A DNA stretch of 64,000 nt, taken from the NCBI RefSeq assembly GCF_964355755.1, contig NC_092670.1:734201-798200 (forward strand). Direction: 5' to 3'. Below the pieces are notes generated by a model. The model made no database searches. It was given only the letters and a program-made list of their open reading frames with translations, and was not told the DNA's origin. A program made the position numbers and the translations under genes. Of this stretch, positions 12,501 through 23,360 are shown piece by piece; position 1 is the first letter of the stretch, and each line of letters starts with the position of its first letter. This DNA is from Antedon mediterranea (lineage: Eukaryota > Animalia > Echinodermata).

Positions 12501-13280
12501 TATTTCCAAGTTTAACATTATTTTCCATCAACTAAATATTTCAATGCAAAATACTGTTTTTCTGGCAATTAATTGAAATAAACCTGGCAACACATTCTAC
12601 TATTTTATCTAAACTATTCGTATGACTCTAGTAGCATTATGACAAGCCACATATACATTTTATTATTGGATTAGCCATAATTTAAATTGTGTTTCATGTG
12701 TTTTGTTTGTTGATATTTTGTTATATTTTTTGTATTTTTCGTATTTTCCTGGCAACACAAAACCTATGTACGAAATTTACCCCAGTGTTTTTTTCGTGAT
12801 TATTGTTGACAAACCTATTGACTATCACATTAAAAAACCTCATTGATTTAAAAACACCACTTTGGAAGTTATAGGTACGTTTATGAGGCATACTTTTATA
12901 AAAAAAATATTTTTTAAAAACACCCCTTTTTAAAATAATGGTATCAACCAAACTCCATTTTGTAATTTATTTTTTTTCTACATTAAATGGAACTCAATAC
13001 ATGTTGATTACACTGCTATAAACTAAAACTGTATACTGTAAGTATTTTTGGTTAAAATAAGTATACAAGTTTGTACTTTTTCACTATAGAAAATCTGTGA
13101 AAAATGGCAAAAACATCAAAATTTGGATAATTGACCGTTGTCATGGCAACGGAGGCTAAAAATTAAAATGAATGTTGTAGATATGCTTTTTATTGAAATG
13201 TCTATTCATGGTAAAAATTTGAGAGAAATCCATTTTTTTACATCTGCCACCAAATCTTTGATTTTTACAGACAATGGCTC
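9519..13280. mobile_element. Kolobok-like non-autonomous element (family E), 3.76 kb
   Basis: Termini GAGCCATTGTCTGTAA / TTACAGACAATGGCTC; TTAA TSD at 9515-9518 and 13281-13284. Long imperfect subterminal inverted similarity; no coding capacity seen. Confidence 0.8.
11144..11569. mobile_element. Tc1/mariner-type MITE nested in family E
   Basis: TA|CAG..ACCTCCCTTAA ... TTACGGGAGGTTCAACTG|TA, with repeated AAGCGGCCA subterminal motifs. Confidence 0.6.
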
Positions 13281-13706
13281 TTAAGTAGTTTAGTTTGAAA
13301 GAACTAATTTAAAATGCAAATTTTAATACAAAATCCATTTTATTTTTTTTTTGGTATCTGCAAAAAGAGTTCATATCATTCATGTCAATCTCTGACTGCA
13401 TATACTTTCTATCGGTTGCGTCCAGCTGTGATCAGTAACTTGTTACGGACATAAAAACATTCACAATAAGTTAAATAACCATTATTTATTCATTCATCTG
13501 ATAATCTTATATATAAAATTTAAAAATAGCTTTATTTGCTGTATCTGAATTTCTTTGTTTAAAACAGTCAAATTGCATTAAAAAAAAATCACCTTTAGTT
13601 TAAAAAACAATTATACGTAACTATTATTTTGCGAAAATCAACATATATATTATTGCCTCATTTATTCATATTGTTCCTATTTTGTTGACGCTTCCATCAT
13701 AATTAC

Positions 13707-15483
13707 TTATATACTATCCTTTTCATACCAACGGCCATATATATTAGCAGCTAATAGTGGATTCTCAATACCGTTTTCCACAGTCCTTATATGGTCATAT
13801 GGAAACTCAGATATCCATTCCTTACCGATCACTGCCAAATTTACTTTGTTAGTTACAATTTCCGGAAAGAGGTGAACTTTAGAATTATAACCAGTTATTC
13901 CAAGACTGATATTCTGGAATATTTCAGTTGCTGTTTCAATCTCACCACCGCATTTGGTTCCTTCATTCACCTGACATCTGACTAAGCTGCATGTTTGGAG
14001 GTAGTACTGACCGTTGTGGGTGTGTAATCCGTCAAAAGCGCCAAGAGCGTACAGTTCGTAGCTACTCTTTTCTCTGCGCGTAAAGTCCAGATGGCAGCAG
14101 ATGGTGCCGTTACAGATTGATATCTGACCAGAAGCCCCAGTAAGAGGTTGGAATGTGTACATATCATCATTCAAAATGCCTTGGAAAGTGGTATTGTCTT
14201 GATGGGTTGTCTTTTGATTATTCTTAGTTCCATCATTTTGCAGAAACTTATTGTGATCTCCATTCATATACTTCTGCTGTTGTTGGTTATCCTCCTGCTG
14301 TTGTTGGTTATCCTCATCCAGAAGAGCTCTCAACACTGGTGAAACTCTTTCTAAGGAATGCTTATCCATGGCTTTCAGCTCGGAAATAATCTTATTTCGA
14401 ACTTCTGGAACGATATTGGTACTTCTATGATTCGGAACATCAACAATTAACAATTTAGACCTGTACGTTACCATGTCGTAGTGATACGTCAAAGCACCGA
14501 TCTGCCCATTATATATTCCGCTACCCGTCATTTTGACAATTGGTAAATGTTGATTGGATGCTAGTAGTGTAGTATTATAATGTATGGCCCACGCTTCTTG
14601 GTACTCAACCGCACTAAGCAATGGCAACTCATTCATCCAAGCTGTTGGAAATGCCATTATGTCTACTCCAACGCCATACACTAAATCTATAGCTGGGTAG
14701 GGGAAAAGGATGTCAAAACATGTGAAAAGCCCAATTGTTCCAAAATCAGTCTTAAAGACACCGTAGTTATCTAAACCGAAACCAGAATCAAATATCTCTT
14801 TTTCATCGGCGTAAACTTTCATCTTGTGATATCGAGCAACTAACTGCCCATTACTTGCAAATGCAACATCGGTATTGTAAATGAATTGTCCATCTGGTGG
14901 GCATGGGGCATCTACTTGACAAGGTTCAACGGAAATCACATTTGCCACGATTATTATATTATTTTTAATCGCTAAGCAGCTTAACTTCTTAAGTATGGTG
15001 GTATTATTAAACTGCACATTAGTACACGGTATAACGCTAGACATGTATGGATTTGGAACCTTTTCTCCAAAATACGGAGCTGTATTTCGTGTCTGACCAA
15101 ACCCGGTGATTCCATATTCTGGGAAGACAATAATTCTTGCTTTCTGAAATGATAAAAGTGAAATAGAAAAAATATCAGTGATAGAAAATATGTTTTTTCT
15201 ATTTTAATTCTGGTATTTCCAATCCAATCTATGATCCTCATTCCATTTTCAATAAGCAGACTTAAGATGAAACTGGGGAACATACCTGTTGTGATGCTGT
15301 TTGAATCAGTTCTTCAAAATGATTGAGATTTTTGTTTATAACTTTCAAAGCTGATTCCTTGTTTATAGAGGACAGCACCTCAGAGGTAACTGGCTCGACA
15401 ACAGCGGCAATGAAGGTGTCACCTGCCTTGACCACAGATATGGCACAAAGGAACAACATCCAGCAAACACAGGAGAGATCCAT
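13707..15483 (-). CDS. Biotinidase/vanin (pantetheinase) family amidohydrolase, biotinidase-like; 2 coding exons, ~544 aa
   Basis: Exon 15483-15286 (MDLSCVCWMLFLCAISVVKAGDTFIAAVVE..., signal-peptide-like, donor CAG|gtatg) and exon 15143-13707 (acceptor tttcag|, KARIIVFPEYG...). Nitrilase triad motifs FPE, YHK, FTCFDILF plus FPTAWMNELPLL. The C-terminus ...IYGRWYEKDSI* resembles the biotinidase end, with no hydrophobic GPI tail. Acceptor tttcttttgtcttcaag lies just before the ATG, implying an upstream UTR exon. Confidence 0.9.
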
Positions 15484-16169
15484 TCTTGAAGACAAAAGAA
15501 ACATTTCATTAAATAAAATAAGTAGTGTATGATGGACATCTTTTCTAGCCTTCAATGAAATTCGAATACCTACAGTAACATAACAAATAAAAGAATTTTT
15601 TTTTAATTTTGAGAAGCGGTATATATATTGTTTGAAGGTTTGCATGGCGAAATCAAATGTTGCGGTACACCTTGTATATTAGTTCTGAAAAGAACTGTTG
15701 AGTTTCTCAACATTTCTTTGCAGAACTAATGATATAGATAGGCCTATAAGTGGTGTACCACAAACTTTATATCAACAAGCGGTGTATAATTATAATAATT
15801 AATGTACGGTGGTACTGTATACTTCAATTCAATTATCTTTATGGTTAGGTTGCATTAACACTATTCAGTGTTGAGCCCAATGATAGGATTACCTAGGCTA
15901 GGTGCGAAAGCGCACTAGCTAGCTACACTGTGTCTAGGCCCTATAAAAATTGGGGCGGAGGTAAAGGTGGCCAAAAAAGCACTCACTGACATGAAGGCCA
16001 GGTCAGTCAGGACAGGTTGGATGACCGCCGTCCATTGGATTGAAGGTAAATTACATGCTAATAAAGTTTAATTTGTTTACTAATGATATTAATAATAAGG
16101 CTAGCTGAATAATAGACTAAATTAAAACAACTACATCTAGGTTAAGCCTGGGCCTAGCGACTAAATTAA

Positions 16170-16680
16170 TTACTTTTTGCCCGACTAAACTCAGCTCTGC
16201 TGTGTGTGTAGTAAGCGGCGGCGCCGTGGAGCCGTTTTGTCACATGCGAATGTTATTCTTTTTTGCTTGTATGGAACGCGAGAAACGTTTTATTTGCAAT
16301 GCGTTAACCAGCATTTCGGAAATAATTTTAGTAATTACAAATGAATGCAAATTCCTCCTAAAATAATGATTCAAAACAATTAATTGAATCGCCTCTGTAA
16401 AATTAGAAAGTGCTAAGTGTATTCAAACAAGCCTCGCATCGTAGCGAAAATAAAGTAGTCTTTCACGTTCCATATATAATCAGAAACAATAAAGGAAATT
16501 TTCGAAAACGATGAGCGTTCCAAATCGGCTACCTAAACATATCTGACAATTACATTCTAAGCCTAGAGAGGGCGACAGACGTTTTTGTTGACATTTTAGC
16601 TTTGTGAAAAATTGTGTGTATAAAAGGAAGTGACTCTCTTTTGTTTTGATGTTTATAATTCTATTTTATTTCAAATAGTT
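16170..16680. promoter_or_regulatory. Putative bidirectional promoter between the biotinidase-like gene and MBOAT7
   Basis: The two ATGs diverge 1.2 kb apart. Local CpG enrichment at 16190-16590; possible minus-strand UTR donor near 16173. Confidence 0.5.
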
Positions 16681-16687
16681 TTCAATC

Positions 16688-19600
16688 ATGAGCCAAGATG
16701 AATTTATATACTTACTGATGTTAATTATCTCCATGCCTCTAGGCTACGTGGTGCAACAGATTAAAATCCCTAACCAAAAAAGATGGATATGTTTTGGTGC
16801 AGGGATAAGCATGGTTGCTATTGTTTGTGGACAAAATATTATTCATTCACTAATAACTACTTTTGTTAGTTCATTAATTATCAAATTTTCAAGTAAAAGG
16901 TATGTGTGAAAACCTGTACCGGTATTAATATTAATAATCAAACTAGACCTATGAGTTGTTTGTCATTATCAAATCATTATCAAACTAGACCTATGAGTTG
17001 TTTGTCATTATCAAATCATTATCAAACTACAGTATATTAATAATTTTTTTTCTTAGGTCCTGTCCAACATTATCGTTTCTGTTTGTGTTCGGATATCTCA
17101 CTTTTTTCCGTACAACACATTATTTTGGATTGCCGCCTCCAACTTCATTTTCAAATGTTGTTCAGCTGCTGTTGACTCTAAGGGTAGGTAAAATTTGCAC
17201 CAATATGATACCTACAAATAAAAGTGCATACAAAAGAGAATTGTGATGATTTTTAAAACATTCTCAGTCTGACTATTCTGTATTGGGAAAACATAAAAAA
17301 AAACAAGAGAAAGTATATATGAATGACATTTTAAAACTATATACAAATATCAGATTAACTAGATGCTTGTCGTATATAAACACAAAATTATTATTTGTTG
17401 GTAGATGGTTGGACTTGCATTTGAGATACAGGACTCATGGAAGGCAAAGGAAAAAATAGCAAAATCCAAAACAGAGGAGATAGACAACAGAACATTGATG
17501 GCAGTGATTGATGAGGCACCTGGTATAATAGATGTATTTATGTATGCATATTGCTACATTGGTATTCTAACAGGCAAGTGCATTTTAAAGACAGTAGCAA
17601 TAATTATATGTCGCACTCTCCTAGAGTATGCATAATGTAACAAAATCATGCAGAACTACCAGAATGTAGAGGGTGTCTTTTCTTTTTTCCGTTTCTCATA
17701 ATAATTGTAGCATTGTTTTACACAAGATTTACAAAAGAAGTTACAGTAGCAATATGTTATACTTTCCTGATTTTGTACATTTAGCATTGTTTTTTTCCCC
17801 AATATACAAACAGATTTTTGAAAACATTCCAGCTTCCTCCCCCTTCCAACTTTAACAGTACTACCTGTAATGTCAACAAATAAAAGAATTCTCTAAATAT
17901 GTGATGGAGGTTTGTTCAATACAAAGAGATTTATGAAACCAACCAGCTCCCCAACATCCAATTTTCTATATAAAGGAAAAAAAAACTAATGATTTATTTG
18001 TTTGTGTGTTAAGGACCTTATTATAAATACAAAGTATACAGAGATATGATCAAGCAAACATGTGATATACCAACATTAAAGCCTGCTTTCAACCGTCTTA
18101 AGTACATCGTTCCATTTGGTGGTGCTTATCTGTTGCTGTCTCAGTATTTCTACATCAACTATATCAGGGAAGATGAATTCTATGACAACCCATTTTGGTA
18201 CAGGTAAGAAGTACAATACTACAATGTTGTAAACTAAATATAATTGTTATTTTGTATAATGCCTCAGTGATGACATCATTTCCATCACCATTGTAGCACC
18301 AGTTACTACCGAAAGAGATGGATGGACCACCCTCGTAAAATATTGTTGAAATAAATAAATATAAACTATAATTAACGAAAAATTAATGAAAATGAATCAA
18401 TTTTTGTGTTTTAAACGAACAGACTTAAAAATTGTCTTTTTTGAAAAAAGAAACCAGTACACTCGTCTGGAGTATGGTGATTAAGAGTTTCAATTTAGAC
18501 TAATAATGCTTGTTGTATATTTCAGATATTTGTTTATGTTTCCAGTGTTCATCGTGTTCAGACTGCGAATGTTTTCAGCGTGGGTTCTGTCAGAAGTTGT
18601 TTGTATATTTGCTGGGTTAGGTGCCTACCCAACTCAAACAAATCCTAAATGTGCTCAGGGACCTACTAAACCACTGCCTCAAGATAGGTAAAGCTCCTTA
18701 CTCAATATATCAACAATATAATTTACATTTCCACATTTGTCTACCTCAAGAATTTAAACTAAATACTTTATTTTGAGCGTGCCCAAATGCGTTTTATACT
18801 CTATTGCTTCCGTGTTCTTTAGTTGCACTCAATTATCTGTACCAATAAAAAATTTATCTCACGTTTTTCTGCCTTGTTTTAAGGTGTTACACATTGCCTG
18901 GGTAAATTAAATGTTTAAAAATATTACAGTTGTTTAAAATATTAGGAATGAAATTAAAATTGTTTTAATTTTTGTTCTAGTGAAATATTAAGTACAGATT
19001 ACAACTTTGAAACAATCCACAACATTGATGGTTACATGTGCGACACGGTGTCAACACTGCGTGATGCGATGCGCTACTGGAACATGACGGTACAATGGTG
19101 GTTGAAGAACTACATTTACGTCCGATGTCCAATCAAACCGCTACGGTAACTGGTTCATTGTTTAGAAATTCATTGAATATTATAGTACTGTAATGTGAAG
19201 GTTTCCAGTACACCATGCGATTTCTAAAAAAAAGGAAGTAAAATTAGTGAGAATATCTTTTGTTTTGTTTGTAAATTGATAAAAAATGTCAAGTTCAATA
19301 TAAGCATAATAATAATTTTGGAATTGAAGTGTGGAAATTCTTAAGCTCTGTCTACACCATCAAACTGTATGTGACAAATGTCATTTATTTTATTGATGTG
19401 TATTGTATTGTTTTGATGAATAAAGAGATTGATTTGGTATACACGACAACATCATATCACATCACACTTTTTTTGTAAGGCTAGTTTGATAGCGTAGACA
19501 GAGCATTACATAAAGTATTACTATGTAAAATGCATTCTGAAAACCAAACATAAATTTTCATTCATTAAACTCACCAGCGGAATTTCCCATAGGTTGCTAA

Positions 19601-20004
19601 TTTCAACTTTTCATATTTGCAGAACTTCCATTACACTGTTTGTGAGTGCAATCTGGCATGGTGTTCATCCTGGTTACTTCCTGAGTTTCCTCACCATTCC
19701 CATCATGCTCTTAGCAGAAGACCTTATGATCCAAGCATTCCGTACGGAAGGGAATTCCTGGATCTACCGTAAACTCAACTGGTTCGTTAGAAGCAGAGGT
19801 CTTGATTATCTAGCGATGGGTTTCCTATTATTATCTTGGAAAGACACGATACGATTCTGGAGTTCTGTTTATTTTATCCCTCACATATTTAGTGTTTTGT
19901 TCATTATTATTGGTTTGGTGTTCAAACCAAAACAAAAGAAGTTAAAGGATGAAAAAGATAATATTAAACAAGTAAGCCAGAGTATTGGAAAGAAGACAGA
20001 CTAA
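16688..20004 (+). CDS. MBOAT7: Lysophospholipid acyltransferase 7 (LPIAT1), 7 coding exons, ~468 aa
   Basis: Exons 16688-16899, 17057-17183, 17405-17573 (GC donor), 18014-18203, 18526-18687, 18981-19145, 19623-20004; phases are consistent and sum to 1407 nt. Motifs YCYIGILTGPYY, GLGAYP..GPT, MRYWNMTVQWWL, SAIWHGVHPGYFLSF (catalytic His); C-terminal KKTD ER-retrieval motif. Confidence 0.95.
19343..19506. mobile_element. Short MITE family F
   Basis: TIR AAGCTCTGTCTACAC(T)ATCAAAC / GTTTGATAG(T)GTAGACAGAGC; related copies at 25396, 45273 and 47119. Confidence 0.7.
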
Positions 20005-20371
20005 AGCTATACAGAATCTGCAGAAAAAATGTCCATAGCTAAAAATAAGGGGAAGAGGAGATGCACAGGATTTATGTACTTAATATATAAGATGGTGTAG
20101 GGGACGATTGTTTTAAAATCATGAATAATTTGCTATTACTTAGCACCCAGTCCATAACAATGTACCTCAAATAGTTTAAGTTGTTAAAAAATTATGTTTA
20201 AATGTGTCGTAGGGCCCCTCGGAAGAGCAGTTTACATATTAATACTAAAAGGGCTACCCTACTGAAAAAAACCGAAATAAACAAAGTATTTATATACTGC
20301 TGGTGTTTCCTCTACTACAGTGGATTAAATGTACAGAAATAGACTTTGTGCCATCATAAAGGTCTTGTAGT

Positions 20372-20578
20372 GGAGCTGTAGCTTGGTGGTTAACATGCTT
20401 GCCTTCCAATCCCAAGGTCCGGCGTTCAATCCTGACTTAGTTCCAGGGTTGTAGCTCACGTTGTTGTTCAACTCCACTCCCTAAGCTTCAGATGATGCTT
20501 CATTTTTAAGCACAACAAAATGATAAAATAATCATGTAATTGGCGAGTTGCTCGCTGTTGGATGCGTATGAAATAAAA
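20372..20578 (+). mobile_element. tRNA-derived SINE (tRNA-Gly(TCC)-like head)
   Basis: A-box-like TAGCTTGGTGG, anticodon arm GCCTTCCAA, B-box-like GTTCAATCC. Tail ..GTTGGATGCGTATGAAATAAAA is shared with the copy at 24621. Confidence 0.7.
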
Positions 20579-20990
20579 CAGAAAAATGTGGCTTAAATAA
20601 TCACTGTATAAATAGTGCAGCTACCATCATGTCTGTAGTTTCCATATCAAAGCAAATATAAAACATTGTTGACAACAAATTGAGGAAGCACTAGCAGATT
20701 CTAACATAGTCTATTCAAAACAGTAATATCATGATCTGTAATAATAAAAGCATTATAATGGAAAAGAATCAATATTGTATTGTAGAATAACATTTTATTA
20801 TTCATCTTGTGCCATGCATTGGCTGTTACAATCATAACATGTGATTTAGTAAAATTGAAGAAAGAAAATTGATTTAATGATAACAACTTAAACTACAAGA
20901 ATCTACCAACATCAAAAGAGATTGTATTATTTATGATTTTAAAGATAAAAACAATGGATGTTACAGTGTACATAGAAATTGGAAGAAGTG

Positions 20991-21131
20991 ACTGTTAACT
21001 GGATAAGCAAATACTAAGATGATTCCTTATATCACATACTGTTAACTGGGTAAGCAAATACTAAGATGATTCCTTATATCACATACTGTTAACTGGATAA
21101 GCAAATACTAAGATGATTCCTTATATCACAT
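20991..21131. repeat. 47-bp tandem repeat x3
   Basis: ACTGTTAACTGGATAAGCAAATACTAAGATGATTCCTTATATCACAT at 20991, 21038 and 21085. Confidence 0.9.
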
Positions 21132-22851
21132 ATTGTTTGCGCCACAAAATATACATTTTATTAAATTGACTTTTTAAAAACTTTTTAATTAATTTCCAAT
21201 ATCCATTTAGTTTCTTCAAATTACCAAAGGCTAATTTATTTTAAAATTTCCACATCTAAGTTTTTTATACACTTTTCTTTGTCATTTGTTATTTTCTTGT
21301 AATTTATCGTTACCTTGTGGCCTTTGACACAATAATTGGTGATATTTGACCCAATCAGTGATCCATGTAGTTGTGTGGCTAACTACAGTGGAACACATCA
21401 AGTTGGGCAGATTTAATAAACAGTGTATGTACCATGCTTTTATAGCATAAGGCAATGTGTTATATATTTATCAGTACTGAATGATTATGCTAACCAGTAA
21501 TACAACAATAACAAGGTAATAAGGTAGTAAAGATTATAATATTTACAATAGAATAGACATTGCCTTTCAATCTTAGGAATGGACAAAGTTTGTGTTTGGC
21601 ACATTCCATTCCTTTACGGGTGAGTTCCCACCTGGGGATACGCATCTTAGTTAAAGCCCATGTGATCATACCTCACAAAAATCACCTATTTTGGAAATAA
21701 AAACATCACCTTTTGATATCAACACAAACCATAGAACACAGATGATGATTTAAGCTTGGTTCCCACTTTGATTTAATGCAAGTGACCATGGCAACGCGAT
21801 GGTTCAGCTAAACTGTCTGTCCAAATGGGAACCAAGCTTTAGAAGCATAGATGAAGAAACAAAAAGAATATTGGATCATAACCAATACTGAACCAAGGCC
21901 CCTGGTGTTGAAAGGCAGGCATCATGTAACCAGTGTCAGAAAGGATCAGATATCAGTACATTTATTGTGTATAGGCGACTTCAAACACCTTATAGTATCC
22001 CTGTTGCATAAAACATAAAACAAATAATAATTTCACAAACAATATCTGATGGATAAACATTACATATACAAAACACTCAAAGGTTATTGGCTCAGTGAAA
22101 TCACATGACCTCTTCATGGTGTATGTACACAGACTTTAGAAATCATTTGTGATAACTTAACCGTCGAGGAGGCAAACTGCAAACAACACAAAACAATTAT
22201 TATATAGAACAGTTAGCAAACAATTGCTGCTACAATAATTTCATGCAACCATGGATAACAGTGATTTGTTTGTTATAGTAAATAATGCTGGCAAATTCAA
22301 TCAGTAACATAACATGCATTATACACAACTTAACATTACAACTTTCATAATATAAATAATAATACTTTATGCTAAAAATAAATGTATTGTCGCGTCAAAA
22401 TTTTCTAAACTATTCACATTTTATTGCATTGATAGACAATCAAAATTTAAAAAAATCAATAATCTCATAAAATAATGAGTAAATATAATTCAATTTTACA
22501 ACAAAATACCATTAGGAGAATTTCACAATGCTTGCGCCATTTTTCAGTACACTTTAGCATTGCATTGTGGGTTAATTTTGGCAACAGCCAGCTGAAGAGA
22601 AGATGGTAGATTTTCCATTTTAAGCAATTAAACAAGGCAGTGAGATCATGATCATATGGTATTTCATGTATGAAGTGTGAAAGAGATTTGTTTTTTGTGA
22701 AATACAAATTTACTGTGTACTAATTTACTATTGTAATTAACAAAAAGTTGAACTGAATGAATGAAATAATGTAATAATATTATAAATTAACTCTGTATAC
22801 TGCACAACAATATACAAAAACCCTGTGGAAACCAAATGTGTACTAGCTAAA

Positions 22852-23090
22852 TACTAAGTAATGATTGACCGTATTTATAAATGTGAACACACATTATATA
22901 ACTAAGTAATGATTTCCGTATTGATGAATGTGAACACACATTAAACAATTAAGTAATGATTTCATTAGTGATGAATGTCAACACACATTAAACAGCTAAG
23001 TAATGATTTCATTAGTGATGAATGTGAACACACATTATATAACTAAGTAATGATTTCATTAGTGATAAATGTGAACACACATTAAACAAC
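22852..23090. repeat. Degenerate ~48-bp tandem repeat x5
   Basis: Recurring CTAAGTAATGATTTC...ATGTGAACACACATTA. Confidence 0.8.
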
Positions 23091-23150
23091 CTCTAACAAA
23101 CAATTTTATTTTGAAAATTGTACAGTTCAAATGAAAATGTTACAATTGTG

Positions 23151-23360
23151 ATATAGGTTGGTGATGTTTGACCATCATATAGGTTGGTGATGTTTGACCA
23201 TCATATAGGTTAGTGGTGTTTGACCATCATATAGGTTGGTGATGTTTGACCATCATATAGGTTGGTGATGTTTGACCATCATATAGGTTGGTGATGTTTG
23301 ACCATCATTTAGATTGGTGATGTTTGACCATCATTTAGGTTGGTGATGTTTGACCATCAT
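23151..23360. repeat. 26-bp minisatellite x8 abutting the BFAR stop codon
   Basis: Unit ATATAGGTTGGTGATGTTTGACCATC. Confidence 0.92.

Noticed and set aside
2968-13284. piggyBac assignment for the TTAA-flanked elements
   Set aside because: Termini are AA.. and GA.. (RR), not the CCY typical of piggyBac, so Kolobok fits better. No transposase is present to confirm.
15484-15645. Longer N-terminus of the biotinidase-like ORF from the ORF track
   Set aside because: A polypyrimidine tract plus AG sits directly before the ATG at 15483, which starts a signal-peptide-like sequence. The upstream part is intronic.
20372-20445. tRNA-Gly gene
   Set aside because: The acceptor stem does not pair, and a conserved non-tRNA body and A-rich tail are shared with 24621-24838. 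It is a SINE.
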